From IMG/VR virus record IMGVR_UViG_3300020183_004379, positions 1 to 64,000 of that record: a DNA stretch of 64,000 bases. One strand, 5' to 3'. Shown piece after piece: positions 39,071 through 48,124 of this stretch. A program made the position numbers and the translations under genes. Source of the DNA: a virus. Position 1 is the stretch's first letter. Each line of letters opens with the position of its first letter. The notes beneath the pieces are model-generated. The model searched no databases, was not told the origin of the DNA, and saw nothing but the letters and a program-made list of their open reading frames with translations.

Positions 39071-39636
39071 TTTGCCCACCAATTCTCCCAAGGGAATTCA
39101 ATCCAGCAAGGGTTTTCATGTTTGTTAATAATTAGTCCTGCAAAGTCCACGCCTTTGAATTCGCTTGAATCATTGTCTACAACGGTGGCAAATTGAACAT
39201 TATGATGCCAGATATCGTTCCAGATTTCGTCGCGGGGCAAGCAACCAGACTCCCAATCGTCCTTGATCCATTGCAATGTGCGCCCAGTATCATTGATATC
39301 ATCTACAATTAAAATGTTTTTGCGAAGTTTGGGGTCAGTTACAGGTGTGTCTTGGGGTCTAGGAACAATGTCTGTAGGTACATAACCAAAGGCAGCCTCG
39401 GCCATCCACAAGTTGCTTTCTGGTCCCATATCGTTGTCACGAAAGCTAACGTCAAGAGTATGCAGCGGTACATCCAGATATTGACTTAGCAACACAGCTG
39501 GCACAAGACCGCCACGAGATATGCCAACAATGTAGTCAGGTTGGAAATGAAATTTGTGCATCTGTCTTATGATACTGTGGATGTAACCATTTAACTGTTC
39601 ATAGCTGATGGTAACAATTTTGTTAGGAGTTGTCAT
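39067..39636 (-). CDS. Purine phosphoribosyltransferase (Gpt-like)
   Basis: VGISRGGLVPA, ILIVDDINDTG.T PRPP loop, WIEFPWE. Confidence 0.88.
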   Translation of the reverse strand: MTTPNKIVTISYEQLNGYIHSIIRQMHKFHFQPDYIVGISRGGLVPAVLLSQYLDVPLHTLDVSFRDNDMGPESNLWMAEAAFGYVPTDIVPRPQDTPVTDPKLRKNILIVDDINDTGRTLQWIKDDWESGCLPRDEIWNDIWHHNVQFATVVDNDSSEFKGVDFAGLIINKHENPCWIEFPWENWWAK

Positions 39637-39709
39637 ATTCTGGTACCTTTATGTCGTGATTGATAATTGCCTCGTAAAATTTACACATGAGCTGGCATAG
39701 GTATGGATC

Positions 39710-40195
39710 TTAAACGGCTTTAGTGCCCCCACGCCGGGCGAGATAACTTTCATTGTGTTCCCAATCTTTATTTGGATCTTTACCTACCAAAAATCCCCAT
39801 TCTCTTTTGTGTGGACCTGGCATGAACAAGGTCCAAGCAGTTACGCCATCCTTAAGTTCAATACGATGAAAGCTACCAGCCCGGCAACGGCGGAAATGGC
39901 CAGGACCACGCCAATGCCGTGTTTCACCGATCTTGGTACCTGAGTCATCAAACTCTGGTACCCATTCGTAATAACCTCCCGCAAGTATAAAAGTACAATA
40001 CGGCCATGGGTGATCATGTACATCGTCGAGATCTCCTTTAAGGAATTTATGTAAGAAAATATTGAATGGAAAACGATTGCGTTCTTTCAAGAATAGATAA
40101 TATCTTTCAAGATAGGGTTCGTCGCTAACTCTATCCATGATGATTCTCTTCCGTTTGAGTTTTTCTAGCAATTTAAGCAACATCGGATTGACCAA
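39710..40195 (-). CDS. Cupin-fold hypothetical protein
   Basis: HDHPW..GGYYE..FHRIEL; start uncertain. Confidence 0.65.
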   Translation of the reverse strand: MVNPMLLKLLEKLKRKRIIMDRVSDEPYLERYYLFLKERNRFPFNIFLHKFLKGDLDDVHDHPWPYCTFILAGGYYEWVPEFDDSGTKIGETRHWRGPGHFRRCRAGSFHRIELKDGVTAWTLFMPGPHKREWGFLVGKDPNKDWEHNESYLARRGGTKAV

Positions 40196-40432
40196 TCAAG
40201 TGGGTTTGGGAATGTATTTCTGATCTATCCCGGGTACTTCTATGCTCACACACCAAGAATTCATGTGCAGGTGTTCTTGCAATGGCGTGCGTGAATTCAT
40301 AGTGGTATTGATGTGTTGGTAACATGTTTTTCTATCTCGAAAATAGCCTTGGTATTGTATCAGCTCACATTTTTCAGCAGGTATGCTACACACGACTATT
40401 ACAGGTATAAACAAAGTTACTAGTTCAATCAT
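40196..40432 (-). CDS. Small Cys-containing secreted/membrane protein
   Basis: Hydrophobic N-terminus, 4 Cys. Confidence 0.55.
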   Translation of the reverse strand: MIELVTLFIPVIVVCSIPAEKCELIQYQGYFRDRKTCYQHINTTMNSRTPLQEHLHMNSWCVSIEVPGIDQKYIPKPT

Positions 40433-40850
40433 CGAATACTTCTTCTTCTAGATAACGTCTCAGTTCTTTGTCTGTAGGCTCAACTGAATAGTTCTGTTTG
40501 AAGAAAATCTCATATGAATCGGAACCATATTTGCCGATACCATACAGCATTGTAGCATCATTGCCATTCCAGGTCAAGTAGTCCTTACTCATTCTTAGCA
40601 ATCTTGTGTACCGTACATTGACCATGCCCAGAGGCTGTATAATACTTTTGACAAAATCTTCGTCAGCATTAATCAACACTTTAGGCCAAGGAAACCAATA
40701 CAAGAATTCGGGTAATACTTTTTTTACAGTTACGCGACTGGTTTGATTGAGCATGATAACCCCAATCATGTGTTCCCATGAGTTGCTGACCTGCTGTTGT
40801 ACCATGAGATCTGGTCTCATGGGCTGCAGACATTCAAGAAATTTTGACAT
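40425..40850 (-). CDS. HhH-GPD DNA glycosylase, MBD4-like
   Basis: IMLNQT, QPLG...R, LYGIGKYGSDSYEIF (HhH), PTDKEL (catalytic Asp). Confidence 0.8.
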   Translation of the reverse strand: MSKFLECLQPMRPDLMVQQQVSNSWEHMIGVIMLNQTSRVTVKKVLPEFLYWFPWPKVLINADEDFVKSIIQPLGMVNVRYTRLLRMSKDYLTWNGNDATMLYGIGKYGSDSYEIFFKQNYSVEPTDKELRRYLEEEVFDD

Positions 40851-41250
40851 CAACTGTGCCCACGCTAGAGCCTTTGTAGTTTGATTTTAACAGATCGTCC
40901 ACTCTTTCTGCAATGGTTTCCCCTGCCGAATTAGGGGGGTCAAAAGCATAACTAGTTGTGCTTTTTGCCATAGCACTGTTTTGAGCATGAGTAGAATCTT
41001 TTGTCTCAAGTTTTTCCAACCTCAGTTGCAGGTTTTTTACATCTTCAAACAGTCTGCGCATGGGTCCTTGCCACAGCTGGTAGCGACGGTCGCCGTGTGC
41101 ATTATGATTACGGGCCAGCGAGGCAATAACCATTAGGTGTTGCAGTGCCTTTTGCACACTGGGATCGTCACTGGTTAGTGCTTCATCAAACAATTCAATG
41201 AAAGATTCTAAATCAAAATCTGCAGAGTCTTTTTCTCTTTGAGCATTCAT
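40834..41250 (-). CDS. Hypothetical protein
   Basis: Coupled ORF. Confidence 0.65.
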   Translation of the reverse strand: MNAQREKDSADFDLESFIELFDEALTSDDPSVQKALQHLMVIASLARNHNAHGDRRYQLWQGPMRRLFEDVKNLQLRLEKLETKDSTHAQNSAMAKSTTSYAFDPPNSAGETIAERVDDLLKSNYKGSSVGTVDVKIS

Positions 41251-41462
41251 TTTTGATTCTTCAAATTCCAATAGGTATTAAGTGTTTCAAGTTTGTCGCA
41301 ATGTTCACTCATCTTGCTCAATTCAGAATCAATGGCACTCATGATATCGGTATGGTCGTGAATAGCCATTGGGTTTTCCAACATCACTTCAATGTTGGTT
41401 TTGTGTTTTTCGATGCCTGCTTCAAGATGCGCCTGTGTTGCCTTAATAATATCTTTTTTCAT
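41247..41462 (-). CDS. Small hypothetical protein
   Basis: Coupled ORF, AAGGAG RBS. Confidence 0.65.
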   Translation of the reverse strand: MKKDIIKATQAHLEAGIEKHKTNIEVMLENPMAIHDHTDIMSAIDSELSKMSEHCDKLETLNTYWNLKNQK

Positions 41463-41701
41463 AAATCGTCTCCTTCTAGTTGTCTAAGCCAAGCGTCAAC
41501 TTGGTTTTCTGCTTCTTCCAGAGTTATGGCATACACTGTGGCAACCATGCGTCCGCTTTTGTTGATCTTTAGATCAAATGGTACTACCCCTGCGCTTAAA
41601 ATAATATCAGCATCGTCCAGCTGCCTTACAATGCGGAACTTTTGCATGGCCTTGGCTCTACTGATTAAATTTTCTGTTATTTCCTTAGCTGTTTTCATCA
41701 A
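41459..41701 (-). CDS. Small hypothetical protein
   Basis: AGGAG RBS. Confidence 0.65.
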   Translation of the reverse strand: MMKTAKEITENLISRAKAMQKFRIVRQLDDADIILSAGVVPFDLKINKSGRMVATVYAITLEEAENQVDAWLRQLEGDDL

Positions 41702-41706
41702 TGCTC

Positions 41707-41925
41707 CTAGTTGATGCTTGGTGGCGTTATCTTTATAACTTTGCCACGCAAGTCACTAATGTTATCTACCATGTTGTTGTAATCAGTTTCATTTAACGCA
41801 CTTCTGTATAAAGAAAGGCCTGCTGTGCTCAGAACTGCTGCGATTTCAATTACTTCGTAACCTTCGCCACACAGGTTATCTATCTGTTGCCATACAATCT
41901 CATGAAGTTTATTCAAATTTTTCAT
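41707..41925 (-). CDS. Small hypothetical protein
   Basis: ATGA overlap with the folE stop. Confidence 0.6.
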   Translation of the reverse strand: MKNLNKLHEIVWQQIDNLCGEGYEVIEIAAVLSTAGLSLYRSALNETDYNNMVDNISDLRGKVIKITPPSIN

Positions 41926-42689
41926 CGTGGAGCAAACTCCTGTTGTAGTTTGATATTGTCCATGAACTCTTTCTTAACTCCTGGATCACTTTTGAATACG
42001 CCAGTGAGCACAGTTGTTTGAGTCAATGAACTATGTGCCATGATGCCACGGTTTTCACAACATCCGTGTGTGGCTTGAATGTATACACCTACATCTCGAC
42101 TTCCAGTGGCTTTCATGATCTCTCTAGCAATGTCATTGCATAACTCTTCCTGTAGTGTACCACGGCGAGCACACCATTGAGCAAGGCGAGTGTACTTAGA
42201 CAGTCCAATGAGTTTTTCGGCAGCAATGATTCCAATATATGCCACTCCATTAACTGGTTGATGATGATGACTGCACATACTGCGAAGCTCGCTGCGGACA
42301 ACTAGCATGCCGTCATAACGGTCTTGTGTATCGTTTGGAAATGCTGTGGCGCTGGGTGATGGATCATATCTGCCTGCCATAATTTCATGAAAGTACATCT
42401 TGGCCAATCGCCGAGCTGTACCTTGACTGTTAGGATCTGTTTCTCTATCTATTAACAGTGTATCTAGTACTTGTTCAAACGCAGTTGTGGCTTCATCTAT
42501 CAACTGTGTTTTCATGTAATCATCAACATATTCGCTGATATTGTCTCCGGCCCAAAATCTTTTACCATCTCGCCGCATCTTGAATGCAAGATGTTTATGT
42601 GCTTGGCCTATTTCATATCCGCCATTGCCGGGCATAGCATCTAATCCTGTTTCTGAATTATTACTAATGTGTGCTTTGTTGTAAACCAT
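41922..42689 (-). CDS. folE: GTP cyclohydrolase I
   Basis: TARRLAKMY, SMCSHH, GLSK..R, R..LQE, HGC...RG. Confidence 0.96.
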   Translation of the reverse strand: MVYNKAHISNNSETGLDAMPGNGGYEIGQAHKHLAFKMRRDGKRFWAGDNISEYVDDYMKTQLIDEATTAFEQVLDTLLIDRETDPNSQGTARRLAKMYFHEIMAGRYDPSPSATAFPNDTQDRYDGMLVVRSELRSMCSHHHQPVNGVAYIGIIAAEKLIGLSKYTRLAQWCARRGTLQEELCNDIAREIMKATGSRDVGVYIQATHGCCENRGIMAHSSLTQTTVLTGVFKSDPGVKKEFMDNIKLQQEFAPR

Positions 42690-42723
42690 TTATTTCTCCG
42701 AGTTATAGCCGAGGATGGCTAGC
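42690..42723 (-). ncRNA. Candidate compact pseudoknot leader of folE
   Basis: TAGCC-ATCCTC-GGCTA stem-loop; loop TCC can pair with GGA of the RBS; TAACTC linker. Confidence 0.45.
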
Positions 42724-42728
42724 GTTTT

Positions 42729-42757
42729 ATTATAGATTTATTTAGATGTTGTGTCAA
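42729..42757 (-). promoter_or_regulatory. Sigma70 consensus promoter TTGACA-N17-TATAAT with nested TAAATA
   Basis: Perfect consensus read directly. Confidence 0.85.
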
Positions 42758-43727
42758 CTGAATTTGATGGGTTATTATACCAGTTCCAGGCTGAACGCAC
42801 AATATTGCTCAGATCTGAATGTTCAGGACTCCATCCTAGAATTGTTTTTGCCAATTGATTGCTTGCAACCAATCGATCAGGATCTCCAGGCCTTCGAGGG
42901 CCAATGGCTGTGCGAATTTCTCCAATTTCTTTAGTCACGCAATCCATCACTTGCTGGTTGCTATAACCTTGTGACGATCCAAGATTAAGTGCCAAACACG
43001 ATTCCATGTCGCTTAACAGATAAGAAACTGCCAGGCTATGTGCATTGGCTAGATCAGTCACATGCACATAGTCTCGTATGCAAGTGCCATCTGGTGTATT
43101 ATAATCGTTGCCATTCAGAGTAAACACAGTGTCATTTCGTATGCTCTCAAGAAGTCTTGCCACTATGTGTGTGGCGTCAGGTGCTTGTCCTAATGTGCCT
43201 GATTCATCTGCACCGCAGGCGTTGAAGAAGCGCAAACTTGCACTCTTCATTCCATACGCTCTATTGAAATCTGTAAGCATGATTTCTATCATGGCCTTGC
43301 TCTGGCCATAAGGACTTAGAGGATTGTAAGGATCTTGTTCCTGGATGTTGTCTTTGTCAGGCGCTCCATACACTGCTGCACTGCTGGAAAAAACAACCAC
43401 AGGCGTAGTGTCAAGATATCTAAGTGAATTGAGTAAAGCAGCAGTCTTTGCCACATTGTTTGTGTAGTACTCGCCAGGATTGGCCACGCTTGGACCTACC
43501 AAACTGGTACCTGCCAGATGAACTACCGCTTGGGGTGCATGCTGTACCAGTGCATCAACGCAGGTTGGGCTATGATAATCAGCTTCAATGAACTGATCCA
43601 TGTGTTTCAGAGTGTGTTCTCTGCGCACACGATCAAGACCAATTACTTCATAACCATCTTCTTTTAATTTCTTACACACATGGCTACCAATGTAACCAGT
43701 TGCTCCTGTAACAAATACTTTGATCAT
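42738..43727 (-). CDS. galE: UDP-glucose 4-epimerase
   Basis: TGATGYIGSH, FSSSAAVYG, YGQSK, LRFFNACGA, TPDGTCIRDYVHV.DLA, RRPGD. Confidence 0.9.
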   Translation of the reverse strand: MIKVFVTGATGYIGSHVCKKLKEDGYEVIGLDRVRREHTLKHMDQFIEADYHSPTCVDALVQHAPQAVVHLAGTSLVGPSVANPGEYYTNNVAKTAALLNSLRYLDTTPVVVFSSSAAVYGAPDKDNIQEQDPYNPLSPYGQSKAMIEIMLTDFNRAYGMKSASLRFFNACGADESGTLGQAPDATHIVARLLESIRNDTVFTLNGNDYNTPDGTCIRDYVHVTDLANAHSLAVSYLLSDMESCLALNLGSSQGYSNQQVMDCVTKEIGEIRTAIGPRRPGDPDRLVASNQLAKTILGWSPEHSDLSNIVRSAWNWYNNPSNSVDTTSK

Positions 43728-43942
43728 TTTTTATCTCTTTTTTTAACTGCGTCTGACAACATGCTTTTAACCAGTAGAACCACTCTACCTTTTTCTTTTT
43801 CCGTTAACACCTGTACCAGCATCTGCTTGTCTTCGTAGCTTTTGGCATTGTCTAAAAATTCCTCAGGCACAGCTAATTTCTTTTTCTTTTTGAGGTCTTT
43901 TTTTATCTTGTCTAACTCGTCTTTGGGATCTGTATCACTCAT
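43724..43942 (-). CDS. Small Lys-rich hypothetical protein
   Basis: Coupled ORF. Confidence 0.6.
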   Translation of the reverse strand: MSDTDPKDELDKIKKDLKKKKKLAVPEEFLDNAKSYEDKQMLVQVLTEKEKGRVVLLVKSMLSDAVKKRDKK

Positions 43943-44429
43943 CTTCTTTGAAGTCTGTTACATTGCCATGCTCATCTGCAATGATAATACGAACTGTTTC
44001 TTCTTGCTCATTGACAATTTCAATAGGACCCCATATCCAGCATTCGGTGTCACTTAAATACCAATCTTCTTGATCCTCTAGTGCATAGAATCCTTCTTCT
44101 TCGATCAGTTCCATCAAACTATCTTGTTCTTCTTCCGACATGTCATCTGGAAAATCAATATCTTCCCAACAGCCATCCCAGGTTTCAATCAGTTCAACAT
44201 TCTCAATGTTGTTGTTGTAACAGTTGTTCATGTCAATACTGTCTTTGCGACCGTCACCACCGGGTACAAAATCATATTCAAATTCCGGAGGATTGTCGTC
44301 TGTGGTAGTCACAGTCCAAGAGCCAGTACGCCAACCAATTTTGCGTGTGATTTCTTTACCGTCCTTGACAAAATGTTCATGCTCTTCAACGGTTTTTTTG
44401 TAGTAGTTCTTAACAGTCCATATAGCCAT
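43935..44429 (-). CDS. Acidic hypothetical protein
   Basis: GAGGAG RBS. Confidence 0.75.
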   Translation of the reverse strand: MAIWTVKNYYKKTVEEHEHFVKDGKEITRKIGWRTGSWTVTTTDDNPPEFEYDFVPGGDGRKDSIDMNNCYNNNIENVELIETWDGCWEDIDFPDDMSEEEQDSLMELIEEEGFYALEDQEDWYLSDTECWIWGPIEIVNEQEETVRIIIADEHGNVTDFKEDE

Positions 44430-44438
44430 GATATCTCC

Positions 44439-45515
44439 TCAATTGATAGATTGTACAGGTTCACCACAGTCAGGGCAACACATTTGGCCATCCCAGTCAT
44501 TGGTGTTGTTGGCACTACCACTCCAACCGCAGTGATCGCAATTTAATACTTCATCTTGCTCTTCAACAGCAAGTGACAAATACATTTGATACAATTCGTC
44601 ACGATGAAACTGCTCATCTGGGTCATAGGCAATCCCTCGCCATTGTTTAATTTTTAAGGGCGTTTTTGTTCCCCCCCATTCACTGTGCCAGAACTTGCCA
44701 GACCATATGGCATAATAGATATGTCCCTGCTTGTCTTCTACTTCATACTTGCCTGCAACTACAGGTTTAGTTTTTTTAGGAAACCAATCAGTGAGCCCGT
44801 ATTTGATATCGTCCATGTCACGATATCTTGTGTACCCTTGGTCCGCAGTGTTACTGCCTGCAATGTAAAATGCAAAATCAGATCCTTTGCCATTGGTATC
44901 ACCGCCATCATTGCACAGTTCTTCACCATCGTACTCTGCACCTGTGATAATCTCATTTGAATCAAAATCATCTATGATCAAGCATAGTTTTTCTGGATCA
45001 AAAGGAGCACTGAGTTCTATGTCTGCTGAGAAGAAAGTTCCTTTGTCAGCAGTATAACCAAAAAATACAACTGTGCCTTTGGGTTGGCTGTCAATCCAAA
45101 TTTCGTCGCGAGTGGTCAACTCTACATCACACCCATCAAGTGCTTCTAAACTGCGTTCATACACTACTTCGCTATTTTCATCCAAAATCTGCATGGTGCC
45201 AGATGCTCGGTCTACTCCGTACACATGTCCCATGTTTTCGCATTCATGCCAAGATCCTGGAAAAAATGGCCACATGGATTCTGGTATATTATGTGTTTCA
45301 GCGTAATCACTGTCCCAGGCAAAATCAGCCACACTCAGTCTGCGTTTGCGAAAGTAATCGTATATGTTTCTATCAACTGTGCCCATGGCGTACTCGCCGC
45401 CGTAGCCCCACAGCTGGATTTTATAAGTTCGCGGTGTGAACTTCAGTACTTTGATCAGATGTTCGTGGTCCGGGTTAACTGGTTCAGCAGTGTTTTGAGT
45501 TGATTTCTTCACCAT
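44439..45515 (-). CDS. Hypothetical protein with C-terminal Zn ribbon
   Basis: CDHCG...CPDCG. Confidence 0.75.
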   Translation of the reverse strand: MVKKSTQNTAEPVNPDHEHLIKVLKFTPRTYKIQLWGYGGEYAMGTVDRNIYDYFRKRRLSVADFAWDSDYAETHNIPESMWPFFPGSWHECENMGHVYGVDRASGTMQILDENSEVVYERSLEALDGCDVELTTRDEIWIDSQPKGTVVFFGYTADKGTFFSADIELSAPFDPEKLCLIIDDFDSNEIITGAEYDGEELCNDGGDTNGKGSDFAFYIAGSNTADQGYTRYRDMDDIKYGLTDWFPKKTKPVVAGKYEVEDKQGHIYYAIWSGKFWHSEWGGTKTPLKIKQWRGIAYDPDEQFHRDELYQMYLSLAVEEQDEVLNCDHCGWSGSANNTNDWDGQMCCPDCGEPVQSIN

Positions 45516-45759
45516 GATAAGTTCCTTTGAGAGTTTCTAGTAGTTTATACTGTTCAAAAAGTTTTGTCATGTCCACACGCTCGGATCCAGATTGCATGAA
45601 AAATTTCTGATCATGTGCCCAAGCCACAGCACTGCGTTGCAAGATGTCGCGAGCCATGCTAGGATTGATGTCGTGCCAATACACAGTTTCAGTTAACAAT
45701 TGGTGCCACAACTCAAAGTCCATCAGGATCCTGGTCATGATGTTTGGTTTCGCTGTCAA
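45484..45759 (-). CDS. Hypothetical protein
   Basis: ORF; true start probably a downstream ATG. Confidence 0.55.
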   Translation of the reverse strand: MTAKPNIMTRILMDFELWHQLLTETVYWHDINPSMARDILQRSAVAWAHDQKFFMQSGSERVDMTKLFEQYKLLETLKGTYHGEEINSKHC

Positions 45760-45817
45760 CCATGCGTATGAAAAAATACATGGCCACTACCAGAAGAATT
45801 CCGAGGACATAAATCAT
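45713..45817 (-). CDS. 34-aa single-pass membrane peptide (not in ORF track)
   Basis: MIYVLGILLVVAMYFFIRMVDSETKHHDQDPDGL*, starts 2 nt after the GT stop. Confidence 0.5.
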   Translation of the reverse strand: MIYVLGILLVVAMYFFIRMVDSETKHHDQDPDGL

Positions 45818-45819
45818 GA

Positions 45820-47010
45820 TTAGAATTTACTTTCGTGAGTGTGTTTACGATAGTCAGTGCTCATGCGTAGCCATTGCTCGCCAGAACCTTGCATGATGTC
45901 AACAATGCGATCCACGGTGCCGTTGGTCCAGTCTGAAATTTGTCCTATCCTTGGACTCTCCATGTACAAGAGTTTTTCCAGTTTTTTACAAGCGTCTTTT
46001 AATGACCAAGGAACATATAGTCTTGTATGGTCATTAGCAAAAGTTTCAGGGAAAGACCTATAAGCAGGATATAGAACATTGCACCCAAGAGTATCTGCTT
46101 CCGAGACTGTGTTGGAAACCCAATCTTGAAGGGCGCAATTAAACAGCACACGAGTATCATTGAGCAGAGCATAGTACACATTTTTTTCCAAGTCCTGATG
46201 GATCTTCAATCTACCGTCGGCCTGCATCTGTCGTGTACGAGCCATGTAGCTGTCGTTGTTGCTACGCAATGGCGCACCAGAGAATACACAAAACTCCACT
46301 TGATTGCCAGGATTGCGTTGGTTGTACAGTTCAATCAAGTCCATGTAAAAATTTGGCTGTTTCTCTTGATCCCAACGAGCTGCAAATCCCACCCGCATGG
46401 CTCTTTCCAAGAAAGGTTTGAGTTCTCCGGGCACACGCTCGCGCACTTCTTCCTTGCCAAAGGCCAGGCCGGATATGTTGTAGATAGGACAGTCCCAACC
46501 AGCAATCTTCATGTGCATGACCATTTCTTCGTTGGTGGCTAGGATCGCACCCCCGGAGTCTCGCACCAACTCGCATACCATTTTTTCATAGATGCCCATC
46601 CACTTTGACATGCCCCATACATGTACAAAATCATCAGGATCAATGGCTTGAGCAAGACAACGCACAAAAATCCTAGGACGCAGAGACTCAGGCACTTGAT
46701 TGAGAATGTAAGGTAAGCTCTCGATACCGGGTTGAAACATGTCTTCAAAGTAGATAACGTCTTCACTTGTGACTTCTCCTTGTTGCATCAGTCGCACCAG
46801 ATTCATCAATTGGCTCATGCCAAAGTAGCTGCGGCCGTGTGCATCCAACACCTGACCAACCACGATCTTTTGCCCGTTGTCTAGTGTAAGGCCAGGAACA
46901 TAACTAACATCTAGACCGCGCCGCTCAAACACACGCCGGTTCCACTCTGTGAGTTGTAGTGTGTAACGGGCTTTGTATGATTCAAGACCCATGTAGTAGA
47001 GTTTACGCAT
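45820..47010 (-). CDS. GT-B fold glycosyltransferase
   Basis: FAARWDQEKQP, then QDWVSNTVSEA..LGC..LYP...SFPE (GT-B C-domain E-x7-E-like region). Confidence 0.7.
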   Translation of the reverse strand: MRKLYYMGLESYKARYTLQLTEWNRRVFERRGLDVSYVPGLTLDNGQKIVVGQVLDAHGRSYFGMSQLMNLVRLMQQGEVTSEDVIYFEDMFQPGIESLPYILNQVPESLRPRIFVRCLAQAIDPDDFVHVWGMSKWMGIYEKMVCELVRDSGGAILATNEEMVMHMKIAGWDCPIYNISGLAFGKEEVRERVPGELKPFLERAMRVGFAARWDQEKQPNFYMDLIELYNQRNPGNQVEFCVFSGAPLRSNNDSYMARTRQMQADGRLKIHQDLEKNVYYALLNDTRVLFNCALQDWVSNTVSEADTLGCNVLYPAYRSFPETFANDHTRLYVPWSLKDACKKLEKLLYMESPRIGQISDWTNGTVDRIVDIMQGSGEQWLRMSTDYRKHTHESKF

Positions 47011-47314
47011 TGTTGCGATTTCCTGATCTATAGTTGTTCAACCCTCTTGGGCCACGATTGTCTCGATTGAAAGGCTTGCGTGGAGCCTCGTTTGGATCTT
47101 TGTTAGCCCAGTTCCAGTGATTTTTAGTATATCCTCGTTCTTTGAAACGCATGAAATCAGAAAAATCTTTATCGCGTTCATTGTACAATGCTGCCTCATT
47201 AAATACACGACCGTGTGAAACACAGAACTCGCGATATTTTTCCAAGTCATCATAGATTTGATTGACTTCTGGTTTCATAACAAAGTATTTGGTAAGCCAC
47301 TTTGGGTTTGCCAT
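47003..47314 (-). CDS. Hypothetical protein
   Basis: AGGAG RBS; start MANPKW. Confidence 0.7.
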   Translation of the reverse strand: MANPKWLTKYFVMKPEVNQIYDDLEKYREFCVSHGRVFNEAALYNERDKDFSDFMRFKERGYTKNHWNWANKDPNEAPRKPFNRDNRGPRGLNNYRSGNRNNA

Positions 47315-47328
47315 CTTGATTTCTCCTA

Positions 47329-47775
47329 TTATACTGGATGGTAAAAAGTTTTTTCTGGGGTGCGGGGATCTCGATAAACAATTTCGCAACCGTTTTCGTC
47401 GTCTTCGCTTACAGAGATAATAACATGTCTGCCAGGATAGCGCAAGTTGATTTGAGTGTACAAGTCGTCTGCGATCATTTCGCAGCTTTTGTAATCCAGT
47501 TCTAGAACCGAATTGGAACCATTATACAGGCTTTCCAGCCATCGTTTGAATTGGATGAACTCGATGTCCCGATCATTGTGGAACACAGAGATTGACACCC
47601 GAAAGTGAAAGATATGGCGATGAGGGTAACCAAGAAAAGATACATCCGCAAGACGAGGATCCTCCAGTGCTGCTGGGTATTTATGTATGCCTTCTTTTTG
47701 AAATCGTACCCAGATCATGCGATCTGCAACTTCGCTGTTAATATTTGTTTGTTCGCGTTCTGCAAAAATACTCAT
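47329..47775 (-). CDS. Second T-fold QueD paralogue, DpdL-like (putative CDG decarboxylase)
   Basis: FLGYPHRHIFHF (LxxxHRHxF), RDIEF, SCEM, VSEDDENG. Confidence 0.6.
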   Translation of the reverse strand: MSIFAEREQTNINSEVADRMIWVRFQKEGIHKYPAALEDPRLADVSFLGYPHRHIFHFRVSISVFHNDRDIEFIQFKRWLESLYNGSNSVLELDYKSCEMIADDLYTQINLRYPGRHVIISVSEDDENGCEIVYRDPRTPEKTFYHPV

Positions 47776-47924
47776 TTGCCAAACCATCCTTTGATAGTGT
47801 TAATTAATGTTAGATATCGAAAGTGATATGGAGTAAAATTCCACATGGGTGGATGCAATGGGCATCGACCTTGATTGTAGTCACAGGCCGGAGTGTACTC
47901 TTTGCCGCAAGTGTCACAGGTCAT
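47772..47924 (-). CDS. 50-aa Cys/His peptide (not in ORF track)
   Basis: MTCDTCGKEYTPACDYNQGRCPLHPP...; ATGA overlaps at both ends. Confidence 0.6.
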   Translation of the reverse strand: MTCDTCGKEYTPACDYNQGRCPLHPPMWNFTPYHFRYLTLINTIKGWFGK

Positions 47925-48124
47925 GACAGTAGCCCTTTTACCATGTTTTGTATGTGTGCATCCTCAAGGAAAAACTGATAGGTGCTGTCATTAACTATTT
48001 CACCTTGATCATTTAGGCTTTCTCCGGTAAACTCCACGCACCAAAGATTCTCCGGGCTTAGACACTTGTTCATACGCCCTTTTAATCTAAATGCAGGTTC
48101 ATCTCTAATTAAAAATTCTTTCAT
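47921..48124 (-). CDS. Small hypothetical protein
   Basis: Coupled ORF, GAGG RBS. Confidence 0.6.
   Translation of the reverse strand: MKEFLIRDEPAFRLKGRMNKCLSPENLWCVEFTGESLNDQGEIVNDSTYQFFLEDAHIQNMVKGLLS

Noticed and set aside
39637-39709. Structured leader upstream of the PRTase
   Set aside because: Only a weak interrupted hairpin, with no resemblance to purine riboswitch cores; insufficient support.
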